Positions 31,518 through 42,640 of a DNA stretch of 64,000 nt are shown here, piece after piece (the stretch's first letter is position 1; each line of letters begins with the position of its first letter). A program made the translations under genes and the position numbers. The notes below the pieces were generated by a model. That model was not told the DNA's origin, did no database searches, and saw only the letters and a program-made list of their open reading frames with translations. Origin of the DNA: an uncultured Planctomycetota bacterium. GTDB lineage: Bacteria; Planctomycetota; Planctomycetia; Isosphaerales; Isosphaeraceae. Location of the stretch: positions 192,001-256,000 of the forward strand of contig CAWJTV010000028.1 of the NCBI GenBank assembly GCA_963845755.1, written 5' to 3'.

Positions 31518-31865
31518 TTACAGCTCTCCCTTGATGCCCAGCTCGTGGAAGTAGTGCTGGACCTGGTCCTGATTCTCCAGCAGCCAGTCGATTGTCGGCT
31601 CGTGACGCATCGCCTTGCGGATGGCCTTGGTCGTCGCCTCCCCGGTGGACGTTGAAGAGCTCCTTATGGTCCAGGCTGTCCTCGTGGGTCACGGCCGGAT
31701 CCAGGCAGACCAGTAGATGATCGCCAGGTCGTTGACCTTCTCCTCGGGGATGTCGCCGGCGCGAACGGCATCCAGGACGCCGTGGGCGATCGCCGCCTGG
31801 ACGGTCCCCATCAAGATATTCATGTACTTGCTGCTCTTGACCGTCACCGTGCTCACCATCACATG
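31518..31865 (-). pseudogene. fae: Formaldehyde-activating enzyme homolog, C-terminal part only
   Basis: VMVSTVTVKSSKYMNILMGTVQAAIAHGVLDAVRAGDIP...LDHKELFNVHR / EATTKAIRKAMRHEPTIDWLLENQD across frames; 5' part replaced by lower-GC DNA. Confidence 0.75.
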
Positions 31866-32019
31866 AAACCGGACCACGATTTTCCGTAATCTGGAGCAGT
31901 TACGGGACTCATGGCATTCTATAAGCCTTATGGGCTCCACACTTTCCACGGATTCCAGGGGTTAGCGTGCAGAATTCCGTGCGGAAGTGGGTGCGAATGC
32001 TAAACGTATATGGATAAGC

Positions 32020-32043
32020 CCCGGACTCACTGCCGGGTTTTTT
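32020..32043 (+). terminator. Rho-independent terminator-like hairpin
   Basis: CCCGG-ACTCACTG-CCGGG then TTTTTT. Confidence 0.5.
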
Positions 32044-32131
32044 GTTGCGCCTGACGGGAAAGAAACTGCCTGTCTTGGCGAACAACAGAGAGGCAGTTTT
32101 GCCCGCATTCCGGTGGCCGAGGACATAGATC

Positions 32132-32323
32132 ATGCATGCAACATTCCGGGTATTCGAGAGCTATGAGGAAAGCTGGGATAGTCTGTTCCAGCATGCCGCC
32201 GAGTTCGCAACCCAACTTGGACGTGAGCGGGTGATCGGCATCTCCCACTGCGAGACAGTCCGGTCCAAGGGGATTGTCGTGGTCTGGTTCTGGGAGTCGG
32301 CCGACACTGATACAGGCTCTTGA
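32132..32323 (+). CDS. Small hypothetical protein
   Basis: 63-aa ORF FRVFES..SWDSLFQHAAEFA..IGISH..VVVWFW; GAGGA upstream; terminator downstream. Confidence 0.6.
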   Translation: MHATFRVFESYEESWDSLFQHAAEFATQLGRERVIGISHCETVRSKGIVVVWFWESADTDTGS

Positions 32324-32378
32324 CCCGAGTGGGCGGTCAGAGGAGGCCGCTCGCCCCATGGGCCCTAGCCCTTTCCCC

Positions 32379-32404
32379 ACCCCAGCCCCACGGCTGGGGT
32401 TTTT
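32379..32404 (+). terminator. Rho-independent terminator
   Basis: ACCCCAGCC-CCAC-GGCTGGGGT then TTTT. Confidence 0.7.
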
Positions 32405-32688
32405 GTTGCGCGAAGGGAAACATCGTGCTATCTTGGCGTCATGCTGACGATCCCCAACCTCCACCATAGAGCCTTTCCGCGTAGCAGAAGTCTGATCGTC
32501 AGCAACTTTCCGCGCGTCTGCTACCGATCAACGGCGACTTGTACCCAGGCGCTGATTCGAACTAGAATCGAACGTTTCCGCCAGGGCGTCGAAGTGTCCG
32601 GGCTCGCCCGATCCTCTCTCACCGAACGTCGCCCGGACCTCGCTCGCGTGTCGCGCGGGCCTTCACGGTTTCACGGGAACCCATCGCC

Positions 32689-34089
32689 ATGGAATACGAT
32701 GTCGTCATCACCAATGGTGTTCTCCTCGGTGCCGAGGGAGAAACGCGGGCCGACGTCGCGATCCGAGGCGAGACGATCGCGGCCGTGGGACCCGGCCTGG
32801 CCGCGGAAAGTCACGGCGGCCCTGAGATCCTCGATGCGAAGGGATGCCATGTCATCCCAGGTGGAATCGATGTCCACGTGCATCTGGAGCTGCCGTTCTG
32901 CGGCACGGTCTCCAGCGACAATTGGAACACCGGCACTCGCGCCGCGGCGCGGGGCGGCGTGACGACCGTGATCGATTTCGCCATCCCTTATGGCAAGGAG
33001 ACGCTCCTCGACGCCTATCACAACTGGATGGGCCGGGCGCAGCCCAAGGCATGTGTTGACTATTGCTTCCATATCGCCATCACGGACTGGGATCGTCACG
33101 GTCCCGAGATGAAGAAACTCGTCGAGATGGGTTGCCCGACGTTCAAGGAATTCATGATCTATGCTTCCGAAGGCTGGCAATCCGACGACCGGGCGATCTT
33201 CAACACGCTGGAGCGGTGCCGTGAGCTGGGTGGGATGCTGCTGGTCCACGCCGAATCGAGCCGAGTGCTCGATGAGCTGATCGGCGCGCATCATTCGACA
33301 GAGTTGATGCAACGGTATGGCGCTCGGCTGCACGCGATGACCCGTCCCAACTACATCGAGGCCGAGGCGATCCAACGCGCGATCACCTGGGCCGAGGTGA
33401 CCGGTGGCCGGCTCTACATCGTCCATATGTTCACCGGGGAGGGAGCCGATCATGTCAAGTCCGCACGTGCCCGCGGCGTTGATGTCTACGCCGAGACGTG
33501 TGCCCAGTACCTGGTACTCGACGACTCCGTGTTCGACGGTCCGGACGGTCATCTCTTCGCGTGCTGCCCCCAGGTCAAGAAGAAGAAAGACGAGGAGCGG
33601 CTCTGGAAGGGGCTTCACGACGGCGAGGTCTCCGTCATCTCGACAGACACCTGCACGTTCAACCGGGCCCAGAAGGCACGCTGGGAAGGAGATTGGACGA
33701 AGATCCCGATGGGGCTGCCCGGACTGGAAACGCTGCTGCCCATCGTTTACACGCATGGGGTGCTCGAAGGCCGGCTCACCACGGCGGAGTTCGTCGCCAA
33801 GTGCTGCACCAACCCGGCCAGGCTGATGGGTCTTTATCCGCGCAAGGGCGTCATCGCGGTGGGGAGCGACGCCGACCTCGCGATCATCGATCCCAGGAAA
33901 CGGATCGAGGTCGATCATCGAACGATGGAGACCAACGCCGACTGGAGCCCTTACCAGGGTTGGTCACTGGCCGGATTCGCCGAGACCACGTTCTGTCGCG
34001 GCCGGAAGATTGTCTCGGACTACCGATTCGTCGGCGAGAGCGGTTGGGGCCGATGGCTGCCCCGCGATCGGGCGGGATCGCTCGATTGA
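32689..34089 (+). CDS. hydA: Dihydropyrimidinase
   Basis: PGGIDVHVH, GGVTTVIDF, TFKEFM, VHAE, ISTDTC, NPARLMG; pathway context. Confidence 0.92.
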   Translation: MEYDVVITNGVLLGAEGETRADVAIRGETIAAVGPGLAAESHGGPEILDAKGCHVIPGGIDVHVHLELPFCGTVSSDNWNTGTRAAARGGVTTVIDFAIPYGKETLLDAYHNWMGRAQPKACVDYCFHIAITDWDRHGPEMKKLVEMGCPTFKEFMIYASEGWQSDDRAIFNTLERCRELGGMLLVHAESSRVLDELIGAHHSTELMQRYGARLHAMTRPNYIEAEAIQRAITWAEVTGGRLYIVHMFTGEGADHVKSARARGVDVYAETCAQYLVLDDSVFDGPDGHLFACCPQVKKKKDEERLWKGLHDGEVSVISTDTCTFNRAQKARWEGDWTKIPMGLPGLETLLPIVYTHGVLEGRLTTAEFVAKCCTNPARLMGLYPRKGVIAVGSDADLAIIDPRKRIEVDHRTMETNADWSPYQGWSLAGFAETTFCRGRKIVSDYRFVGESGWGRWLPRDRAGSLD

Positions 34090-34145
34090 GAAGAATCGAC
34101 GGCCGGCGGAACGACTGGCCGACCGAGCCGCCAGAATGATTCCTG

Positions 34146-34221
34146 ACCACGGGTATCACGGAACAACGCGGAAAGAACCAATCTATATTTTTATTCCGTG
34201 TCCGTCCGTGCCTTCCGTGGT
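34146..34221. repeat. REP-like inverted repeat
   Basis: ACCACGGGTATCACGGAACAACGCGGAA ... TTCCGTGTCCGTCCGTGCCTTCCGTGGT. Confidence 0.6.
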
Positions 34222-34271
34222 TAAGTGACTGATCGACACAATCGGCGCAAGGCGCGAAGCAGGAGTCGTGA

Positions 34272-35606
34272 ATGTTTCGGGCTGGTGAGAGGCAATCCCT
34301 GGAGGTCTTGAACGAGCGGTTCGCCGACGTCCCGCCGCCGCTGACACCGGACGAGGCTCGCATCGATGCCGCGCGTTGTCTATTCTGTTTCGATGCGCCC
34401 TGCACCCGTGCCTGCCCGACGCACATCGATGTCCCTCGGTTCATCCGTCAGATCCTCCATCGCGACGAGATCGGTGCGGCCCGGACTATCCTCGAGGCCA
34501 ACGTCTTCGGCGGCAGTTGCGCCCGCGCCTGTCCCACCGAGGTGCTCTGCGAGGGCGCCTGCGTCGATCAGATGTTGATGAAAGCGCCGGTCCAGATCGG
34601 CCGGCTCCAGCGGTTCGCTTGCGACACCGCCGCAGATCGAGACATCCCGTTCTTCGAGGCGGGCACTCCTACAGGGAAACGAGTCGCCGTGATCGGCTCG
34701 GGACCGGCCGGACTGGCCTGCGCTCACGAGCTGCGCCGGCTCGGGCATGACGTGATCGTGTTCGAGGCGCGCGACGTTCCCGGCGGACTCGATTCGCTCG
34801 GCATCGCCGCCTACAAGATCTCGACCGATTTCGCACTGGCGGAGATCGAGCGGATTCGCCGGATCGGCATCGCGATCGAGCTCGGCCACCGCGTCACCGG
34901 CGAGGAAATCCGGACGATGCTCGGCGCGTTCGACGCGGTGTTCCTGGGAATCGGGCTGGGGCGGACGTCGCCACTCTCGATCGAGGGCGAAGACCTCGCC
35001 GGTGTCTGGGAGGCCCTGGACTTCATCTTCCAGACCCATACCGGACCGTTCACGGAATGCCTGGTGGGCAGGAACGTCCTGGTGATCGGCGCCGGCAACA
35101 CGGCGATCGACGTGGCGACCGCGGCCAGGCGGCTCGGGGCCGAGACAGTCACCATTGTCTACCGGCGATCCGAGGCGCTGATTCCGGCCTTCGCCTACGA
35201 GTATCGGCTCGCGATGTCGGACGGCGTCAGATTCGAGTGGTTCGCCCAGCCGGTCCGCATCCTAGCCGATCGGTCGGAGACCCGAGGTGTCGAGTTTCTC
35301 CGGACCGAGCTCGAGGATCCGACCTCGCGGTCCGGCAACATTCGGACGGTCGCTGGATCGAATTTCGTCATAGCAGCCGACATGGTCGTCAAGGCACTGG
35401 GTCAGGAACCGCTGCTGGATCTGCTCGCGGCCTTGCCTGGCTTGCGTTGCGAACAAGGCCGGATCATCGTCGATCGTACGACCGGGGCGACGAGCATCGC
35501 TGGCCTTTTCGCCGGTGGCGACTGCTTGCGTAGTGGGGGCGAAGTCGTCGATGCGGTCCAGGATGGGAAGCTCGCCGTGCGCGGTATGCACGCAACTTTC
35601 GCATAA
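34272..35606 (+). CDS. preT: Dihydropyrimidine dehydrogenase subunit PreT (GltD-like)
   Basis: RCLFCFDAPCTRACP, CARACP..LCEGAC, GSGPAG, GAGNTAID. Confidence 0.92.
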   Translation: MFRAGERQSLEVLNERFADVPPPLTPDEARIDAARCLFCFDAPCTRACPTHIDVPRFIRQILHRDEIGAARTILEANVFGGSCARACPTEVLCEGACVDQMLMKAPVQIGRLQRFACDTAADRDIPFFEAGTPTGKRVAVIGSGPAGLACAHELRRLGHDVIVFEARDVPGGLDSLGIAAYKISTDFALAEIERIRRIGIAIELGHRVTGEEIRTMLGAFDAVFLGIGLGRTSPLSIEGEDLAGVWEALDFIFQTHTGPFTECLVGRNVLVIGAGNTAIDVATAARRLGAETVTIVYRRSEALIPAFAYEYRLAMSDGVRFEWFAQPVRILADRSETRGVEFLRTELEDPTSRSGNIRTVAGSNFVIAADMVVKALGQEPLLDLLAALPGLRCEQGRIIVDRTTGATSIAGLFAGGDCLRSGGEVVDAVQDGKLAVRGMHATFA

Positions 35607-35630
35607 TCAACCGTTCAAGTTGGATCCAAA

Positions 35631-37011
35631 ATGCCCGATCTCTCGATTGAATTCTGCGGCGTCAAGGCGCCGAATCCGTTCTGGCTGGCATCCGGTCCGC
35701 CGACTAACTCCGAATACCAGGTCCGCCGCGCGTTCGACGCCGGCTGGGGCGGCGCCGTATGGAAGACGCTGGCCGACGAGCCGATCGTCAACGTTTCATC
35801 GCGCGTACGGCGCCCTCGATTACGACGGGCGGAAGGTGATGGGACTCAATAATATCGAATTGATCACCGATCGCACGCTCGAGGTCAATCTCCAGGAGAT
35901 CACTCGCGTCAAGCAAGCATACCCAGATCGAGCACTTTTCGTCTCCCTGATGGTCGAGTCGACCCGCGAAGCCTGGCATGAGATCACCAAGCGGACGCAG
36001 GATGCCGGCGCCGACGGGATCGAGCTGAACTTTGGTTGCCCGCACGGAATGAGCGAGCGCGGCATGGGATCGGCGGTCGGTCAAGTGCCCGAGTACACGT
36101 GCATGATCACAGAATGGGTCAAGGAGGTGGCGACCTTCCCCGTGATGGTCAAGCTCACGCCGAACGTCGGCGACGTGACGACGATCGGCCGCGCGGCGGT
36201 CCGCGGCGGGGCCGACGCGATCTCTCTGATCAATACGATTAACTCGATCATGGGTGTCGATCTGGATACGCTCGCCCCCAAGCCATCGGTTCGCGGTCAG
36301 GGGACGCACGGCGGTTATTGCGGCCCCGCGGTCAAACCTATTGCGCTGAATATGACCGCCTCCATCGCGGCCGATCCGGCTATCGGCGTCCCGATCAGCG
36401 GCATCGGTGGCATCCAGGCGTGGCACGATGCGGTCGAGTTCTTGTTGCTGGGAGCGGCTTCGGTACAGATCTGCACGGCCGTTATGCACTATGGATTCCG
36501 GATCATCGAACATCTAATGAGTGGGATGGAAGGCTGGATGCGCGAGAAGGGATACCGCACGATTAGCGAGTTCGTCGGCCGCTCTGTGCCACGTATCAAG
36601 ACCTGGGGAGAGCTTGACCTGAACTACAAGCTTCTTGCCCACATCGAACCCGAGAAATGCATCCACTGTGGACTCTGCTACATCGCCTGTGAGGACGGCT
36701 GCCACCAATCAATTCGATGGGATCGCGTCCCGACGGTCGAGTACCTGGCCGCGCGGGCTTCGCACAACGGCGCGATCCGCTCAGGAGGGTACGATGTCTT
36801 ACCGGGGGCTGGTGACGGCACGATCAATGTGTTCTCGATCAAGGAGGACACCTGCGTCGGCTGCAATATGTGCAGCCTGGTTTGTCCGGTTGAGGGTTGT
36901 ATCACGATGCGAGAGGTGGACACAGGCCGTCCACCGATGAGTTGGAACGAATACCAGGCGAACCTGGCCGCGGGCCAGGTTAGTCCGATTCAGCCACCGA
37001 GGCACGTGTGA
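35631..37011 (+). CDS. preA: Dihydropyrimidine dehydrogenase subunit PreA; frameshift near 35805
   Basis: NPFWLASGPPT, GLNNIELI, ELNFGCPHGMSERGMG, two C-terminal CxxCxxCxxxC ferredoxin motifs. Confidence 0.93.
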
Positions 37012-37117
37012 GAGAGAGAAAGTGTCCGTGAGAGCCTCCGGACCGACTTTCCTCACAATCATTGAACCCTCGCAAAGGCACGCGGCTCGGACGCGAGGGC
37101 CGGACACGGGAACGCTC

Positions 37118-38488
37118 TCATCCCCGCGCGGAGATCAGGGTCAGCACCTCGTCCAGACAATCGACCAGGAAGTCCGCATCGTCGCTGGCCAGACACATCG
37201 GGGGCTTGATGCGCAGCGTGTTGCCGGCCAGTCCTCCTTTGCCGATGAGCAGGCCCCGCTCTTTGCATAGGTCCAGAACGTCGGCTGTCTCGGTTGAGGC
37301 GGGTTCCTTCGACTGGCGGTCGCGCACCAGCTCGACGCCCAGCATCAGGCCCATGCCGCGGACCTCGCCGATCAGCGACTGCCGTTCTTGAAGCTCCAGA
37401 AGTCGGTGCTTCAGATGCGTCCCAACGGTCAGGGCGTTCTGCTGAATGCCCTCACTGTCGATGACTTCGAGCGTCGCCAGCCCTTGCGTCATTGAGATCG
37501 GATTACCGCCGAACGTGTTGAAATGGACGCGATTCGTCATCGCACGCGCGATCTCCGGCCGGGTGATGCACGCGCCCAGAGGCGCCGCCGTTGCCGATCC
37601 CCTTGGCCATGGTGACGATGTCGGGAGTCACGCCCCAGTTCTCGAAACCCCAGAAGGCCGTCCCGGTCCGACCGAAACCGGTCTGGACCTCGTCGGCGAT
37701 GCAGAGGCCCCCGTGCTTGCGGATGATCTCGTAAACGATCTCGAAGTATTCGCGCGGCGGTGTGACCGTCCCACCCACGCCCTGAATCGGTTCGGCGATG
37801 AAGCAGGCGACCTCGCCGGGCGTCTCGTACCGGATCAGGTCCTCGACGTCCCGGCGCACTTCACGTCACAGCTCGGATACTCGAGGCCGAACGGGCATCG
37901 ATAGCAGTAGCCCGGTGTCGCGTGCTTGACGCCCACCGTCGGGTTCGACTTGAACCTCCAGTTCCCGTGCGCGGTCAGACCCATGGCCGCCTGCGTCCCG
38001 CCGTGGTAGCCGTTGCGGAGGCTGATAACATCCGCGTTGCCGGTGAACTCGCGCGACGAGAGGATCGCAATCTCGTTGGCCTCACTCCCGGAATTCGTGA
38101 AATAGCTGACCGACAGTCCGCTCGCCTCGGGCATGTGTTCGGCCAGCCTCTTGCCGAACTGGGCGATCGTGGGGTGCAGGTAGATCGTCGTGGTGTGCTG
38201 GAGCCGGCCGATCTGCTCGCGCACCTTCTCCACGACCCTGGGATGACAATGGCCGACCGAGACCGTGACAATCCCGGCAAACGCGTCGAGATACTGCTTA
38301 CCGGTCTCGTCCCAGACGTACTGCATGTGGCCCTCGGCGATCAGCAAGGGCTCGCGGTAATACGTGATGAGCCCAGGCGTGAGATATTCTCGGCGCATCG
38401 CGAGCACCTCCTCGCGCGAAGGGCCATCGTAGGGAGCGGGCGTGTGGGAGGAGATCGGAAGTCTTGTCTGTAGCGACTCCATCGACAT
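37118..38488 (-). CDS. Class III aminotransferase (AGXT2-like, probable beta-alanine aminotransferase); frameshifts near 37850 and 37590
   Basis: [49 protein letters not shown]. Confidence 0.88.
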
Positions 38489-38537
38489 TATAATACTCTT
38501 TATATAAGAATATATGAAAAATCAAAATACGATTATC

Positions 38538-39407
38538 TCAAAGCTGGATGATCGAGCCGTAAGTTTCGGGGCGGCGATCGCGGAAGAACTGCCAGGTGTT
38601 GCGGACCTCGCGGATCAGGTTCAGGTTCAGGTCGGCGATCACGATATCATCGGCGTCGCGACACCCGACCGCGAGCATCTGCCCGCGCGGGTCGCAGAAA
38701 TAGCTCTGGCCGTAGAACTCGCCGATTCGCCAGGGCTCCTCGAAGCCCGGCCGGTTGATCGCGCCGACGAAATACCCATTGGCCACCGCGTGCGCCGGCT
38801 GCTCGAGCCTCCAGAGGTATTCGGAAAGTCCCGCCACCGTCGCCGACGGATTGAACACGATCTCCGCCCCGTTGAGGCCCAGGCAGCGCGCCCCTTCCGG
38901 GAAATGACGATCGTAGCAGATGTAGACCCCGACTTTCCCCACCCGGGTTTCGAAGACCGGATATCCGAGATTACCGGGCCGGAAGTAGAACTTCTCCCAG
39001 AATCCCGGCGGGCAATGAGGGATGTGTATCTTGCGAAACTTCCCGAGGTAGCGCCCGTCTGCGTCGATGACAGCCGCCGTGTTGTAGTAGACCCCCGTGA
39101 GGTCTTCTTCGTACACCGGCACGATCAGCACGATTTCGTGTCGTTTGGCGATCTCGGCCATCAGCCGGGTCGTGGGTCCGTCCGGAACAGGCTCGGTCAG
39201 TTCGTACCACCGTGTTTGCTGCTCGGCGCAGAAGTAAGGGCCGTAGAAGAGCTCCTGCAAACAAACGACCTGAGCACCGCGCTCGGCTGCCTTGGCGATA
39301 AGTCCGACGTGCTTTTCGATCATCGCCTGCTTCACCACGGCGACGGGCGAGGTAGCGGGTTCGCAAAGAGTCGCTTGGATCAGACCACTCCGGACGATTC
39401 GCGACAT
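38538..39407 (-). CDS. Beta-ureidopropionase (nitrilase family)
   Basis: CLQELF, FRKIHIP, FWEKFYFRPG, ICYDRHFPE, FFRDRRP; pathway context. Confidence 0.9.
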   Translation of the reverse strand: MSRIVRSGLIQATLCEPATSPVAVVKQAMIEKHVGLIAKAAERGAQVVCLQELFYGPYFCAEQQTRWYELTEPVPDGPTTRLMAEIAKRHEIVLIVPVYEEDLTGVYYNTAAVIDADGRYLGKFRKIHIPHCPPGFWEKFYFRPGNLGYPVFETRVGKVGVYICYDRHFPEGARCLGLNGAEIVFNPSATVAGLSEYLWRLEQPAHAVANGYFVGAINRPGFEEPWRIGEFYGQSYFCDPRGQMLAVGCRDADDIVIADLNLNLIREVRNTWQFFRDRRPETYGSIIQL

Positions 39408-39579
39408 GATGATTCCTCTTGCGATCATGACATTCAAGATCGTGACGATGCTACAGGATGGAGGCCCGGGATTCCAGTGAGGACGGACAGGGGAGGGCTG
39501 ATTCCGGGGTTCGGTTCTACTCGCGGCCCGTCATCCCATGATAAGATGCCCTTCGAATCCCTTCCACGGAGACGCTCCC

Positions 39580-41107
39580 ATGATCATGACTCAGCCCGAG
39601 GTCGAATCCCGCGATCGCGTCAGAATGCTCGTCGGAGGCCGATGGGAGGCAAGCCGATCTCCGCGTTTCGGCCCGGTGTACAACCCCTCGAACGGGAGCG
39701 TGATCGCGACGGTCCCGTTCTGCACCGCGGACGAGGTTGATCGGGCCGTGCGATCGGCGGCCACATCGCTCCCGTACTGGGCCGAAACACCGGTTGTCGA
39801 TCGGGCGCGGGTGATGTTCCGGTTCCGCGAGCGGCTCGCCGCGAATGCCGAGGAGCTCGCGAACCTGGTCACGCGCGAGCACGGCAAGACGCTTGCCGAG
39901 GCGCGGCGCGTCGGTCCAGCGTGGCATGGAAGTCGTCGAGTTCGCATGCGGCGTGCCCAGTCTGATGATGGGCCAGTCGCTGGCGAACATCGCGCGTCAG
40001 GTTGACTGCGAGACCATCCGCCACCCGGTCGGCGTCTGCGCGGGAGTCACGCCGTTCAATTTCCCGGCAATGGTCCCACTCTGGATGTTCCCGATCGCGA
40101 TCACCTGCGGCAACACCTTCGTGCTCAAGCCTTCGGAGAAGGTGCCGATGTCGGCGGTCCGGCTGGGGGAGTTGCTCATGGAGTCAGGACTGCCCGAGGG
40201 CGTCTTCAATATCGTGCACGGCGACCGCGAGGCCGTCGATGCGATCCTGACTCATCCTCTGGTCCGCGCGATCTCGTTCGTCGGCTCTACGGAAGTGGCC
40301 CGGCAGGTGTATGAGACCGGCACGCGGAACGGCAAACGCGTTCAGGCGGCCGGTGGCGCGAAGAATCATCTGATCGTCATGCCGGACGCCGACCTCGACC
40401 AGACGGTCGGTGCGCTCCAGCTCTCGGCGTTTGGCTGCGCCGGCGAGCGCTGCATGGCCGGCAGCATCGCGATGCCCGTCGGCCCAGTTGCCGATTCCCT
40501 GGTCGAACGACTGTGCGAGAAAGCGAGCCGAATGAAAGTTGGTCCGACCGATGACGGTTCGGACGTTGACATGGGACCCGTCATCACCCGCGAGCACCTC
40601 GAGCGAGTGGCTGGTTACCTCGATATCGGCCGCCACGAAGGGGCCAACGTCGCCCTCGACGGCCGGTCCGCTATGTCCGCCAACGGCGGCTTTCTGATCG
40701 GTCCCAGCGTGCTCGACCGCGTCGCACCCGGCATGAGGGTCGCGCGCGACGAGATCTTCGGACCGGTCCTCTCGGTCATCCGCGTCGACGATCTCGACCA
40801 GGCGCTGGCGATCGGCCGCGAATGCCCTTATGGCAACGGCGCATCGATCTTCACCCGGAGCGGCTGGGCGGCGCGGAAGTTCAAGCAACACTTCAACGCG
40901 GGTATGATCGGCATCAATGTCGGCGTGCCCGCTCCCATGGCCTGGTTCCCGTTCACCGGCTGGAATCGCTCCTTCTTCGGCGACTTGCATATTCAGGGAA
41001 CCGAGTCGATCCAGTTCTACACCCAGCAGAAGATGACCATGACTCGTTGGTTCGAATCGCCCCGCGACTCGCACCATGACCCCGTCTGGAAGACGGGCAA
41101 GGGATGA
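39580..41107 (+). CDS. mmsA: CoA-acylating (methyl)malonate-semialdehyde dehydrogenase; frameshift near 39915
   Basis: TPFNFPAMVPLW, KPSE, GGAKNH, AGERCMA, EIFGPV, GINVGVPAP. Confidence 0.92.
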
Positions 41108-41128
41108 GAGCAGACTCGATCGACCCGG

Positions 41129-42640
41129 TCATTCCGTGGGCTGCGGGCCTGTAACTTTCATCAAGAGCAGATAGCTTAGAGCAGACAGCCCGAAGCTGAT
41201 GAACCACGCATAGTTGTACATTGCGGTCCAGATCGGCGAGACCTCGAGAGCGCCAATGGTGCCCAGGAACCCGGGTACACACGGGCCGATTCCCATTGCC
41301 AGGGCGATCAGTGCCGCGGGGTTGAAGCCTCGCAAGTACCAGTATGGTCCCGCGGTTTGATAGAGTCCCTTGAGGTCTAGCCTGGTTCGACGGATCACAT
41401 AGTAATCGACGATCAGGATACCCCCGACGGCCCCGAGCAGCGAGGAATAGGCGACCAACCACTTGAAGATGTAGCCCGTCGGGTCGGCGATCAGCCTCCA
41501 AGGTTGCATCAGGATTCCCAGGAGGCCCGTAATCAGGCCGCCCGTTCGAAATGAGATCCCTCTCGGCCAGACATGGGAGAAATCGTTCGCCGGGCCGACA
41601 ACGTTGGCCGCGATGTTCGTGGCCAAGGTTGCCAGGCAGAGTGAGACCATCGCCACCGACAGCACGAACGGATTGCGGAATCGGGACAGGAGGTCGATGG
41701 GATCCCATATGGATTTCCCGTAGATGACGATCGTTGACGAGGTGACGGCCACGCCGATGAACGAGTAGAGCGCCATCGTCGTCGGTAGGCCGAGAATCTG
41801 TCCGAGGACCTGGTCGCGCTGCGACCGTGCATACCGAGTGAAATCGGGAATATTGAGCGAGAGCGTGGCCCAGAATCCAATCATCCCGGTCAGGGCCGGG
41901 AAGAAGAACGCCCAGAACTGGCCAGCCTTCGGCCCTCCTGGATCGAAGTCCGAAGGCTGATCGAGCATCGGCCCAAATCCCTTGGCCTGCACGTAGGCCC
42001 ATCCTAACAGGAGAAGCCCCAGCGCGATCAACAGTGGTGCTTTGATGTTCAACAGAAAGCGGATCGACTCGATCCCCAGGTAAATGACGACGATGTTGAC
42101 GGCCCAGAATGCCAAGAAGCAGGCCACTTCGGCGCGATTGATGCCGAGACTTGCGATCGTCGGCAACTCGGCCCAGGCGGGGACATAGATGGCGAGGATC
42201 TTGTAGATGGCCTCGCCTCCAATCCAGGTCTGGATCCCGAACCAACCACACGCGACCAGGGCGCGCAAGAGGGCAGGGACGTTGGCCCCGATGATCCCGA
42301 ACGAAGAGCGGCAATAGATCGGAAACGGGATGCCGTACTTCGTCCCCGCGTGTGCATTGAGAACCATCGGGATCAGCACGATGCTATTGCCCAGGACGAT
42401 CGTGACGATCGCCTGCCACCAGTTCATCCCTTCGGCGATCAACGAAGAGGCCAGCATGTAGGTTGGGATGCAGGCCGACATCGAGACCCACAGGGCCGCA
42501 ATGTCCTTTAGGCCCCATCGCCGCTGCTCCTTGGTCGTGGGAGCAAGGTCGGCATTGACATGAATCGATGGCTCGAACGGCTCCAGCTCGGGCCTCACCG
42601 CAACCGGTGGCCATGTCGCCGGGTGATCGATGGCCTCCAC
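41129..42640 (-). CDS. NCS1 nucleobase:cation symporter (uracil/allantoin type)
   Basis: GTKYGIPFP, WFGIQTW, LSLNIPDFTRY, TNIAANVV; GTG start behind AGGAGG. Confidence 0.93.
   Translation of the reverse strand: MEAIDHPATWPPVAVRPELEPFEPSIHVNADLAPTTKEQRRWGLKDIAALWVSMSACIPTYMLASSLIAEGMNWWQAIVTIVLGNSIVLIPMVLNAHAGTKYGIPFPIYCRSSFGIIGANVPALLRALVACGWFGIQTWIGGEAIYKILAIYVPAWAELPTIASLGINRAEVACFLAFWAVNIVVIYLGIESIRFLLNIKAPLLIALGLLLLGWAYVQAKGFGPMLDQPSDFDPGGPKAGQFWAFFFPALTGMIGFWATLSLNIPDFTRYARSQRDQVLGQILGLPTTMALYSFIGVAVTSSTIVIYGKSIWDPIDLLSRFRNPFVLSVAMVSLCLATLATNIAANVVGPANDFSHVWPRGISFRTGGLITGLLGILMQPWRLIADPTGYIFKWLVAYSSLLGAVGGILIVDYYVIRRTRLDLKGLYQTAGPYWYLRGFNPAALIALAMGIGPCVPGFLGTIGALEVSPIWTAMYNYAWFISFGLSALSYLLLMKVTGPQPTE

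Noticed and set aside
32009..32017. DnaA-box-like 9-mers (TATGGATAA here; TGTGGATCA near 52742)
   Set aside because: They are isolated one-mismatch hits far from dnaA, not a cluster with an unwinding element.
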